This document shows, piece after piece, positions 13,129 to 24,283 of a stretch of DNA of 64,000 nucleotides. A program made the translations under genes and the position numbers. The notes beneath the pieces are model-generated. The model had not been told where the DNA came from. It worked only from the letters and a program-made list of their open reading frames with translations, and searched no databases. Within the stretch, counting starts at the first letter, position 1, and the number at the start of each line of letters is the position of its first letter. The DNA is from Sarea resinae (taxonomy: Eukaryota), in NCBI GenBank assembly GCA_026026165.1, contig JAPEUD010000073.1:1-64000 (forward strand), written 5' to 3'.

Positions 13129-16100
13129 TTATTGATACTTCCGCAACTGTACACAAATACTGATTAGCCTCGACAAGCCCACAGGAAATACGACTGAGAG
13201 CAGAAGGTAGAAGAATAGAAGTAAAAGGGATCTCACATCCAGCGTCAACGCCCGACTCGAATTCCCCCCCTGGTCCCGATAAATGCCCACGAGCGCTTCG
13301 CTGTTCTGGAACAGGCCCGTCTTTAATGAGATGACGATGAACTGCATGCCCGGCCCCGCGTGCTCATGGATGTACGCCGCAATCTTCGCGACGTTGGCGT
13401 TGTCGAGGGCGGCGTCGACCTCGTCGAGCACGAAGAAGGGCGATGGCTGGTAGGAGTGCACGGCGAAGAGAAGGGCCAGCGCCGCCATGGTCTTCTCGCC
13501 ACCAGAAAGGTGCTCCATATCGCGGAAGCGTTTCAGGGGCGGCATCGCGTGGTATTTGATGCCGTCCAGAAAAGGCTCGTCCGAGTCTTCCAGGTCGAGG
13601 TAGCTGTCGAACCATCGAGTAGAGTTAGTGTTCTTGCTCAGACGAGGGTTATTTGAAATTTGGTATGACGAGATTACAAAAGGAAGACGTACGCTTGCCC
13701 CCCTAGAGGGAAATTAGAGCTCTTAGTTAGGTCCTTGTATACCTGATCAATCTGATCGGAGATATGCGAAAAGGCTTTGGTGAAAAGATCGAGTCTAAGC
13801 TTCTTCACGCCTTGGAAATCGTCGCGCGCTTTCTTGGCTCGTTTCCGCGCGTCTTCGAATTCCTTCTCCGTGCTCTTGAGTCGGCCTTCTACACCTTCCA
13901 GTCGTTCTATTGCGCGCATGTTCGGCGCCATCTTGTCGAGCTCACCGTTGAGCGTGCTGATTTTCTCTTGCAGCTCTTCGTCTAGCTTCTCGTCGGCGTT
14001 CTACATATCACATCATTAGAAACGATATTCGAGAAAAATCTGGGTAGGAACTCATACTTCTCTGAGATCATCTTCGAGTTCATCAAAGTCAATGTCGATG
14101 CCGTAATCTTGGACAGCTGGAACCTGGATATTGCTACTGTCCGGATCCTCGTCGATATCCATAGCGTCTGGGTCTGCCTGCAACAGCTCGTCAACGGGCA
14201 GAGCATCAAGGGTTGCCGAGCCGTCTTCGAGAGGGATGGTGATATCCTCCAACTTGCATCTTCGTAGTAGAGCATATCTGCCAGCCGCATTTCGCTGGAT
14301 CTCTGCCTCCAAACCCGAAATGGTCTTCAAGGTACCCTCCACGTGTTTGCTTCGCCTCTGCACCTCACGCCGCTGCTCCGCAACCTTTTCTGCTCTCTCA
14401 TCATATAGTCCCTTTTGCTCGTCCAGTTGCTCCTTCAATTCATCGAGCTCTGCGCTCAGCGTATCGAGCTCGTTCTGTACCGCCTCCTTTTCTGCCTCGA
14501 GATCAGACACAAGAGCTTCATCCCGTCGAGCCTGATTCTGTAAAGCGGATATCCTATCAATTGTCGTTTGCAGTCGTTGCGTCTCGAAGCTCAGCTGGTT
14601 CTCCAATTTGCTTCGTTGTCTGGTAAACTCTAGTTTCTTCTGGGCACCTTCTTGTTGCAACGAGCCTTGCTGTGCCTCGTAACCTCGTATGCTTTCATAT
14701 CCTAACCTCTCACAGAAGGCGGCAAAAACCTCATCTTCAACCTCACTGATTGCATCTTGAAATCCTTTGAGGCTCGCTCGAAGATTCTCCGCATCTCGAG
14801 ACTTCTGGTGGTACGTAGGGCTGACCTCCGTCAATTGATTTCGAGCAAAGTCGAGCTCCTTCTGCTTGCTAGCGAGGTTTCGCTCCAGTCCATCGAATTC
14901 CTCTCTCGCATAGCTCAGACGCTGCTCTAGGCCTGCCAGCTCGCCTTGAAGACTCTCCTCCTCGGTGTACCGCCTATGCCCTTTCGGTAGAGCAGCGATC
15001 TCCGCCAACATATTCTCTTCTAGCTTTCGGAGATTCTCAACCTCGGCATCTTCCCATCTTCTTCCACCTTGCTGCCCTGGTCCCCTACCGCCAGTGATCA
15101 GTCCGCCTTTATGAATGACAGTTCCATCAAGAGTAACAGCTTTCGTTTCGACACCCTTTTCATAACAGATCCATTTCGCAGTGGCGAGGTCGTCGCAGAC
15201 CACGGAATTACCGCACGCATATGACATCGCCCGTTCAACAGCGCTGTCATATTCGATCGTGTCGATAGCCATTCGCATCCGACTATGCATCCCCTTGAGG
15301 TTCGAATTGACAGCTTTGACTTGAATTGTGTCTAGCGGGATGAACGTGCCTTGTCCTGCTCGCTGATCTCGAAGATACTGTATGCAATCCTTGGCTGTCT
15401 TATCGTTATCGACCACAATTGCATCGAAGTTGCGCCCCAGAACTGTGCTGACAGCATCGCCGTATTTCTTGAGCTTCGGCTTGCAAAGCTCGCTGATCCG
15501 GCCCTTCACACCGGGAAAGATACGCTTGAGGCCGGCAACGGTTTCCTTCATTCGTAGTTCCTTCTCGCTTTGACGTCGTCCGCTCTCTGCTTCGATAAGC
15601 TTCGCATGGACTTCCTGGACCTTCTCGTCCAATTCCGTCCGCTTTTGCTCGGTGCGCAATCGCTCGGACAACAAGTTGTTCAAGGCCTTCTTCTTTTCGT
15701 CCTTCTCTCGCGAAGTTGTTTTTATTTGGTCGTTCATGGCCGCTCTGCGCTCGCTGATATCCTTCATCTCTCTTTCCAGCCTCTGTACTTGCCACTCGAT
15801 GGACTCGACCTTGCTTTTCAGGCTGGAGATGGTTTCCTCTTCGGTTTTTAGCTGCCGCGTGAGATTCCCAGCTTTGGTTTGGTTTGCTGAGCTACGTTTA
15901 TTGACTTCCTCCTTGAGTTTGTTGTACTCTTGTAGATCAGTCTCGTTGAGCTCGCGACCTTCCTGCTTTGCCAACTTCTGCCATTCACGCTCCCACCGAG
16001 TTTGTGCTTTTTCGACTATGCCGAGGTCTCTCTTGAGTTGATCAACAGTACTGGATTGACTGTCCCTTTCCTTTGTAATCTCGGCGATGCGTGCCTTGTA

Positions 16101-17287
16101 CCGCGCAAGGTTCTTGCTGGAAATATCAATCTTCTCATTGATAGGGACGAGGTCATTCTCCTTGTCTTCCATGTCCTTCTCTTTTCTCTTGATGTTCCGC
16201 TCGATTTTGCTAACGTCTCTCCCAACGCGGGCTTGCTCTCGTTTGGCATCATCCAGCGCCTTCTCGTACTTCTCGACCCCACGACGAAACTCCTTCAGCT
16301 CCTCCTGGTGCTTCTGGATCTCGGCGCCAGACTCTTCCATCACGCGCTGGAAATGGAACAACTTCCATAGTACGTGTGCCACAATGGCCTGGTCCCTTTC
16401 GTCGGCCTTCTTCGCGTAATTCTCGGCCTCCCGTTTCTGCTCTTGATATTGTTTGATCTCAGAGTTGATACCCCTTCTTCGATTCAGATGGTAGTTCTGG
16501 TGCTCCAGGGCTTCTTCCTGTGCCTCTTTCAGACTCTCGTATTCGGCTTTGTACTCCAGGCTCCCAGATATCTGCTCGATCAGCCGTGTGAGGTCCTTTG
16601 GTGATTGCGAAGCAATGGCCTCCACATCACCCTGGAAGACAAGAAAGTTTCGCGCCTTGATTAGGATGTTTTCTGCCTCAAGAGCTTCGTTGTACTGTTG
16701 CGCGGAGACGACACGATTGTTGATTCGGTATTCGCTCACACCTTGACCGCCAATGCTTCGCTTCCATTGCTGTTCATCGCCGGCATCGTTCTCGTAGACG
16801 GCCATGACCCACGCAGTCTTCGGATCGTTGCGCTCAGAGTGGCTGCGTTGCGTGCTCTCCTGAGTATCTTGCGCATCGCCTCCCGCCTCACCATTGGCGT
16901 GGCCATTCACGTGGCCATTAGTGGCAGGCGCGGTAGCGGATCCATCATCATTGATGGTCGAAGTCCTCAGGACACGACCGCGATAGACAAGGTCGCGTAA
17001 GTGGGTTGAGCGGAGGTGAGATGATTTGATCCCCAGAACAAAAGAGATGGCATCCATGCTGTTCAGAGTGTTATCATCACCAGCCCACGGGAGTTCGCGT
17101 GGTCGCACTCACGAATTGGACTTTCCCGAGCCATTGGGACCGATGATGGAAGTAAAGTAAGAATCGCCGAACAAGAGGGTGTGATGTCCCTTGTAAGACT
17201 TGAAGTCTGCGGGTTTGCCGTCAGCGAACGCGCATTGGGGAGGGCAAGCACCTTACTAAACAACTCCAGCCGAATGAGTTTCCCCAT
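13129..17287 (-). CDS. SMC1: Cohesin subunit SMC1
   Basis: Exons 17287-17257, 17206-17113, 17058-14058, 14000-13693, 13603-13237, 13146-13129. MGKLIRLELFNFKSY, Walker A GPNGSGKS, KARNFLVFQGDVE, hinge TFIPLD..KGGLITGG, signature LSGGEKT, Walker B FFVLDEVDAALD. Confidence 0.97.
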
Positions 17288-17561
17288 CGTGGGCGGTACG
17301 CTCCAAGTTATCGCGCGCTTTGTGGCAGCGCGTTCGAGGAGAAAGTCTGTCACCGGATATCAGAGGGGCGTATCGCGACAGACGTATTTGGCCCCAATAC
17401 AGATGATGTCCGCCAAATCATAAGACAACGGACACTCATCAAATCGAGAAGCAGATGATCAAGAGCGCTGAGGCTCAAGGGTGAGGGTCAATACCGGCGA
17501 AAGGGGAAGAGAGGGGTGGTGGTGGTGGAGGAGGAGGAGGAGAAGCCTGTTGCTACCAAAG

Positions 17562-17567
17562 ACGCGT
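17562..17567. promoter_or_regulatory. Candidate MCB (MluI cell-cycle box, ACGCGT) upstream of SMC1
   Basis: Exact ACGCGT about 275 bp upstream of the SMC1 ATG; cohesin genes are G1/S MBF targets in yeasts. A 6-mer, so chance is possible. Confidence 0.4.
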
Positions 17568-18448
17568 CTATGCGTCCAGGCGTGTAAGATACGTCCAGCG
17601 AGGTACCTAAGGTACAGGTACCTACCTTATGCAGTGCAATTGATCAAGTACTCCATGCTACGGTACTCGAGTACGTAGTAGTTGCTCTAGACCTGATGTA
17701 CCTGTAGGGTCCATGGAGGTGTACCTGCGGATTTACTTGCCTCCGAATACCTCCAGGTACATGAGGCCACGATGGCTCAGCTGCGAGACATCCGTACCTG
17801 TCAGGTACGCGACTAAAGCTTGGACCTTGAGTCAGTGCAGTCAGTGCCGTCGCGACTAAGGAGGCGGTCAGACCGAAGCTGGTTTTGCTGCCGATATGAC
17901 GTGTACTCTCGCAGTACTTCAAGAGAAGCGTCAGTCATCCTACAAGCGCCAAGTACTTGTCAGGTATTGGATCCTCATCATTACTCGTTTCTCCATCGCT
18001 CTCTACCAACAATAACAGCTTCATCCTCCACGTGTACACACCATCTTCGTCTTCTTCCTCCATCTCCCATCCTCCCCTCCCTTCCCTTCGCACCTCGCAC
18101 GTCCTTCGAAGCTCCATCGCCATTAGTCTTCTTACTCCACAGGTGATCGTTCATGCCCCTCTACCTTCTCTTGTGTTCGGAAGCTAATCGAGTCACCAGA
18201 CTGACGCAGTATGAACCCGTCAATCTGCCTCTCGCTGTAAACTTAATAAAAGCAAGAGCGAGTGAGGAAGAGATAGAGTCAATCTCTCTGATCCGAACGC
18301 CTTTCATCAGGCCTTTCACATCTATCGCATAGAGGGGCCAAGGGAACGATCCTCCTACAGCAACTAGGCCTCTTTATCGCCGTGAGCCAGACCAACACGT
18401 GGCGCTTCAGTGTGAGCTTCTGGATTCCGAAAAGTCGTCCTTTTGAGA

Positions 18449-20105
18449 ATGTCGGATCCTATATCAATACCAAAGGCAAAGTCGGAGGCCCAGTTGAACG
18501 CGGATGACTCGTCGCCTGAGCTCTCCAGGAACGGGACAGGCGGGTTTGCGGCTCAAGAAGGAACCTCACCGCCATTAGGCGTCACATCATCTAGCATGGC
18601 CTCCACCCCCCCGAGTCCTGTTCTCTCAAGAAATGGCTCCTTCTCAAATAGCAGCTCGTATCAGGAAGACTGGGAAGCCTTTCCGCCTTTGGACCGTCTC
18701 ACTGTCTTCGATTTTCTGGACAACCTAGCACTCTCACATCGGCTAGAGAGATTTCAGAACACCATCTCTGCTCAAACCGAAAAGGTCAAGCGCCAGCGCG
18801 AGAAGCTGAAGTTCTCAAGCGCCAAGGACAGAGTCGTTGATGAATGGCGAAAGCGGCTACCTCCACCAGATGAGCAGTTGGAGAAATACAAGAAAAGAGT
18901 CAAGGAGTCCGTGGATCGACTTGGTACCCATTGGAACGACACGAAGGCTGTCACGACAAGGGAGAAGATCTCCTTCATCGCGGGCGTCATGAACATCTTC
19001 ATCAGCGGCTACCTTGTTGGCGCGTTACCGGAGTATTTCTATATCTGGTATACGATACAGCTCCTCTATTTCATGCCCGTCCGATTCTACACCTATCATA
19101 AGAGAGGCTATCATTACTTTCTGGCCGACCTGTGCTATTTTGTCAACCTACTCGCACTAATAACTATCTGGGTGGCACCTAAGTCAAAGAGGCTTTTAAT
19201 CAGCACGTATTGCTTGGCCTTTGGCAATAACGCGGTCGCTATCGCGATGTGGCGGAACTCGTTGGTGTTCCACTCTTTCGACAAGGTCACAAGGTTAGTG
19301 CCACTAGATGGCGTTACAAGATATATCTGTTGACGAAATTAGTCTCTTTATCCACATTATGCCGCCAGTGACGTTCCACTGTATGGTCCATCGAGCGTCT
19401 GAAGAGTTTAAGAAGGAACGTTTCCCTGCCATCTACGATATTCAACACAGTCCCGGAAACAAGGTGTACCATTCACTGACAGCTATGATAATCTGGGCCT
19501 CTCTGCCATACGCAGTCTGGCAGCTGACGTATCATTTCTTTATCACGGTGCGGCGCCGCGAAAAGATTGCAGCTGGTCGCCCCACGAGCTTTACCTGGCT
19601 ACGAAAATCGTACTCGAAGGCTTGGATCGGCAAGATGGTCCTCTCACTGCCCAACTCACTCCAGGAGCCGGCGTTCATGCTCATCCAATATGGTTATGCC
19701 ATCTGTACGATGATACCTTGTCCAATATGGTTCTGGTATCGCTGGGCAAGCGCGGGATTTCTCTTAGCCGTCTTCACATGGAGTGTGTACAATGGAGCAA
19801 CGTTCTATATCGATGTGTTTGGAAACAGGTTCCAGAAAGAGCTCGAGCAGCTGAAGAAAGACGTTGCGAAATGGCAGAATAGCCCGGAGATGTCAACGAG
19901 TCCAAGAATTACTCCAACTGATCTGGCGCCCACGCCCCAACCGCTGAGCATGGCTGCCGCCGGAGGCATTGATGATATTGCTGTCGCGACTGGGCATAAG
20001 AAGCAAGGCAGCATCGACCAGATACCGATGCTCGACTCGAAGGAAGGTGGGAGTACCGGCGTCCAACATGTGGACGGAGGGGTCACGATGAAGGAGCGCA
20101 AGTGA
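18449..20105 (+). CDS. GPC1: Glycerophosphocholine acyltransferase Gpc1-like (DUF2838) multi-pass membrane protein
   Basis: Exons 18449-19293, 19343-20105. Motifs GYHYFLADLCYFVN, WRNSLVFHSFDKVTSLFIHIMPP, WSVYNGATFYIDVFG; several hydrophobic segments. Confidence 0.85.
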
Positions 20106-20472
20106 TCTCATTCGAAGTAATTGGCGTGCAGGGCCGTCCAAATCTTTGGTTAGTGATCAGGTTGGGCGTGAAGAAAACAAGATTTTACTTTCCCCTTTTC
20201 TTGTATCGCATGCGCAGGTGTTCTTCTTCAACGGCGGGGTCCCAGTGATTGATGATCGGAGATGTAAATAAAGCAACTCGATGATAGGAAACGTACCAGG
20301 TCATGGATATAGATATTTTAATTCCAATGTTCATTCAGGACAATGAATCCGTTACTCTCACACTTCTGATGAGCAAGATTGATGACGGATCATGCTGAGT
20401 GAATCAAGGTTGAGGAGTTGGCGGGATTGCTTAAAGGGGGCCGACTATCTAACTCCGAGTACTTGCCGGGAT

Positions 20473-20489
20473 GCGCGTCGCGTCGCGTC
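20473..20489. promoter_or_regulatory. Tandem MCB-like CGCG elements upstream of PRI2
   Basis: gcgcgtcgcgtcgcgtc gives three ACGCG cores on the minus strand, about 130 bp upstream of the primase ATG. Confidence 0.45.
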
Positions 20490-20618
20490 TTCCACTTTTG
20501 TACTTTCGCTTCGTGAACTCTTGACGCTTCCGCCGAGTACATCCATTGTTGCTCCAACGCCCCTCCAGATACGGTATCAGGCTGCTCGAGACGCCCAAGA
20601 TCCAAACAAGAAGCCATC

Positions 20619-22248
20619 ATGATCAGACAGGACTCGGGCCGTATTGATCCCAAGAGGAGAACGACCTTTGACCACCGAAGAAAGCAGTTTGCGAGCCCGA
20701 CTTATAAGCAGCAAGAATACCGCTTTCGCCTCAATTTCTACGACATCCCGCCAACGGCCGAGATCACTCTGGAGGAATTCGAACAATGGGCCATCGATAG
20801 ACTTCGTAGTAGGCATACCGCAACTGCTTTTCAGGCCTCTTGCTGACCCTCTCAGTCCTCGCCGAACTTGAAGCATGTTCGTTTCGCAACAAGACCCCCG
20901 CCGAAACGGCCGCGCACATCACTCCTCTCCTCCACAAATACCTGCCCCTGTCCTCCAACACCTCCGCCTCCTCCGCTCTGCAGGCCGAACGCAAGAAAGA
21001 CCATTACTCGCACTTCATCCTGCGGCTTGCTTTCTCCTCGACGGAAGACCTCCGTCGCCGCTTCGCCCGCGTCGAGACGGCACTCTTCAAGCTGCGCTTC
21101 CAGGACGATGATCTCAGAGAGCGCCAGGCTTTTGTCGAGAACCTGGGCCTGGACTGGGAGGTTGTCGGGGAGCCAGAGAAGAAGGAACTCGGGCCGCAAT
21201 TGCTGGCGGCGACGCCGGGGCTGAGGAGACTGGAAGACGAGGGGTGGTTTAAAGTCGACTGGGAGCGAGTGCCTGAGCTGGTGGAGGGGAGACGCGTCCT
21301 ATTGAAGCGGGGGAAGGCTTACGTGCCTGTTCGCGAGCAGATGAGTATGGTTGTTGCCGAGTTCAGCGCGCGTCTAGAACGCAGTCTCGAGGTGCGTGTT
21401 GCCCGCCGTCCCAAACATCCGTCTCGGACGCAAAGGCCAGCCTCACTGACGCTCCATGTACCCCACAGATGACATCTCGTGCTCTCCCCCGCCTCGACGA
21501 AGACGACCGGCTCACGCCCATCCTCTCGCACCTCTCGAAAAACTTCGCGACGCCTTCCTCGTACGACGCCGACTCGTCCCTGCCGGCCGGCACGACCCCC
21601 GTAACCGCTCAGAGCATCGACGCGCTCTCGACGCACTTCCCGCTCTGCATGCGCAACCTGCACCTCACGCTGCGGCGCAACGCGCACCTCAAGCACTTCG
21701 GACGGCTCCAATACACGCTCTTCCTCAAGGGGCTGGGCCTGACGCTCGAAGACTGCCTCGTCTTCTGGCGTTCCTCGTTCTCCAAGATCACCGACGACGT
21801 CTTCAACAAGGAATACCGCTACAACGTGCGGCACGCGTACGGCGAGGTGGGCGGCGACGCCAACCGGCGCGGCCGCGGCTACTCGCCCTTCTCGTGCCAG
21901 AAGATCCTCACCGAGCACCCGCCCGGCCCCGGCCAGGCCCACGGCTGCCCCTACCGCCACTTCGCCCCGGACAACCTCGCCGCCCTGCTGCAGCAGACGG
22001 GCCTCACCGACCGCGATCTCCTCCGCGCCGTCCGCGACGACGTCGACAAGAAGCGCTTCCACATCGCCTGTAACCGCGTCTTCGAGTTCACGCACAAGCA
22101 GGACATCAAGCGCGCCAAGGACGAGCATGGCTGGGGCGCTAGGGAGCTCGAGACCATTGTCCATCCGAATGAGTATGCGAAGCGGAGCTTGCTTCTGAAG
22201 AGTCTGGGCAGCGGGGCCGGGAGAGGGGATGTGGAGATGGAGGGCTGA
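20619..22248 (+). CDS. PRI2: DNA primase large subunit
   Basis: Exons 20619-20808, 20856-21391, 21469-22248. RLNFYDIPP..ITLEEFE, KDHYSHFILRLAF, Fe-S domain FPLCM, HLKHFGRLQYTLFLKG, YNVRHAYG, YSPFSC, HGCPY, IACNRVF, HPNEY. Confidence 0.96.
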
Positions 22249-22650
22249 TCAATCATCAAGATATGATGGTGGCGCTTGTGGTTCGCGGCTCTGGTTATGT
22301 CGCGGCGGTTTTTCTATCACGTCGTATTATTGGGAGGCGTTTACGTTGGCTGGATGCATGTTTGGAGGGCAGAGGGGGAGGGCATAGGGCTTGAAGGGAT
22401 TGGGATATCTATCATTTTCACTGTTCGGTGAGAGTGCCAATGCGTCAGGGTACTTGGTTATGTGAGCATGTGAAGATATTCAGACACGTCTATGCTCCAA
22501 GACTTCTATTTCTATGATGCCGCTTCTTGGGACCTCTATCCATGTATCCCTCTCCAAGCCCAAGAAAGGTCTCTACAAAAGCACTCTACAGACAGTCACC
22601 CTGCCGTCCATCCATCCATCCATCCATCCGCCCACTACTTACTCACTCAC

Positions 22651-23981
22651 TCACTCGCCAACGAGCAATAAATCCGCCAAACGGTCCACAAAGGCCGCGG
22701 GTCTTACCCCCTCCGTCTTGCCCTCAAAATCCCCCCTCTTACAGACCCCCGTCAGCACAGCCAGCGTGCCCCCCAGGCCGCCCTCAATGCCAAACTGGAT
22801 ATCCGTGTTCAGTCGGTCGCCGATCATACAAGTCCTGCTCTTATCGAAATGGAACTTGCCCTCGACGGCCTGCATCATAGCCTGGGACGGCTTGCCGAGG
22901 GCGACGGGTTCACGGCCGCCGAGGGCCTTGACGAGCGGGGCGGACACGGAGCCCGCGCCCGGGAAGAAGGCGCCCGAGGCCGGGAGGGTGCCGTCGGTGT
23001 TGGTGGCGAGGAAGGTGGCGCCGCGCACGAGATAGGCGTGCGCCAGCGCCAGCTTGAGGTAGTTGATGTGGAAGTCGAGGCCGCAGAGGACGACGCCGAC
23101 TTCGGGGTCGAGGGCGTCGCCCGAGGCAATGGCCGTGTAGTCGGCCGGTGTCATGTCCCGGCGCAGCGAAGGGTCGGTGCCTCCTGTGTAGGGCAGGGAT
23201 TCGGAGGCCAGCTCGGCTTCGATGCCGTATTCGCCGAGGATGAAGGTTTTGTTGCGTGGGGCCGGAGGCTTCAGGATCCGGGAGATGTAAATTGCCGCGC
23301 TGTAGGAGGAGCCGAATATTTCGTCCTATGGGGGAATGACGGAAGGATGGCCAACGTGTCAGTCTTTGATGCAGAGAAAGCCTTGGTGGAGGGTCTTGGG
23401 TGTTAAAGGGGGAAAGGGACGTACAACGCTGCATGGAATGCCCATGTTATCCAGCTTCTTCTTGTATTCGGCACGAGACTTTGTGCTGTTGTTCGTCACA
23501 AACACAATGCGTTTTCCTGCAGGAAGTATGTATCAACCATCTGCACTGCACTGCGGGGATCGCACATGGGGAGCATCGCGAACCTTTCGACCGTAGCAGT
23601 GACAATACCTCGACTGTTCCCTCGAAGACATGATCACCGGACCACAAGACACCTATTTTCCTCCTCTACTCCTCAGCAATTGGACCTGGGCATATACAAC
23701 GCGATTGTTTTGACGACAGGCTCCCCCATACTCCTAGGAGAAGGATACGGGAAGGGGTTTGAGGCTTTACACACCATCGCAATCGAACAAAAAGTCCTGA
23801 TACAGTCATTAGCATTCTGCAGGTCGTATATGCAAAGATATTTACATTGGATGAGGGAATGCTGTGTTCTGAGAATGAAAGACGTGAGGGTCCTTTTAGA
23901 CGTCTGGGAGCTTACATCGAACTGGTCGAGGAATCCCTGGATGGCCTCCTTATTGCCGCTGAGATACTTGGGCGTCGCCAT
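22651..23981 (-). CDS. PHO13: HAD-superfamily 4-nitrophenylphosphatase / phosphoglycolate phosphatase (Pho13-like)
   Basis: Exons 23981-23916, 23796-23775, 23652-23584, 23516-23425, 23325-22651. FLFDCDGVLW, FVTNNSTKSR, ATNTD, GKPS, MIGDRLNTDIQFG, VLTGV. Confidence 0.92.
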
Positions 23982-24283
23982 GGCTCATTGAAGAAATGGC
24001 AGACTCAGAGCTCTAATTCTTAGCAATGAAGCAGACGGTGAGTAAAGGTGAAATCGAGAGGGAGGTGGAGCCGCGAAAGGGAAGAATGGAGGGGTCCGGC
24101 GGGCTGATACAGGTGCCGGGATATCCCGCATAGTCGCGATATCAGATAAGATTCGGGATAAGATCTCGGATGTCCCCCCACGGTCTACACTAACCAGCAC
24201 ACCGTCTGCAAAGATTTTTGATTTAGAGTATATGTATATAAAGAAGCGTTGACAATATTAACATCCTCCATATCCTCCTTCTC

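Noticed and set aside
21319..23406. Long antisense and alternative-frame ORFs over PRI2 and PHO13 (also over SMC1, TAF5, eIF3a)
   Set aside because: Shadow ORFs caused by stop-codon depletion in GC-rich or biased coding sequence.
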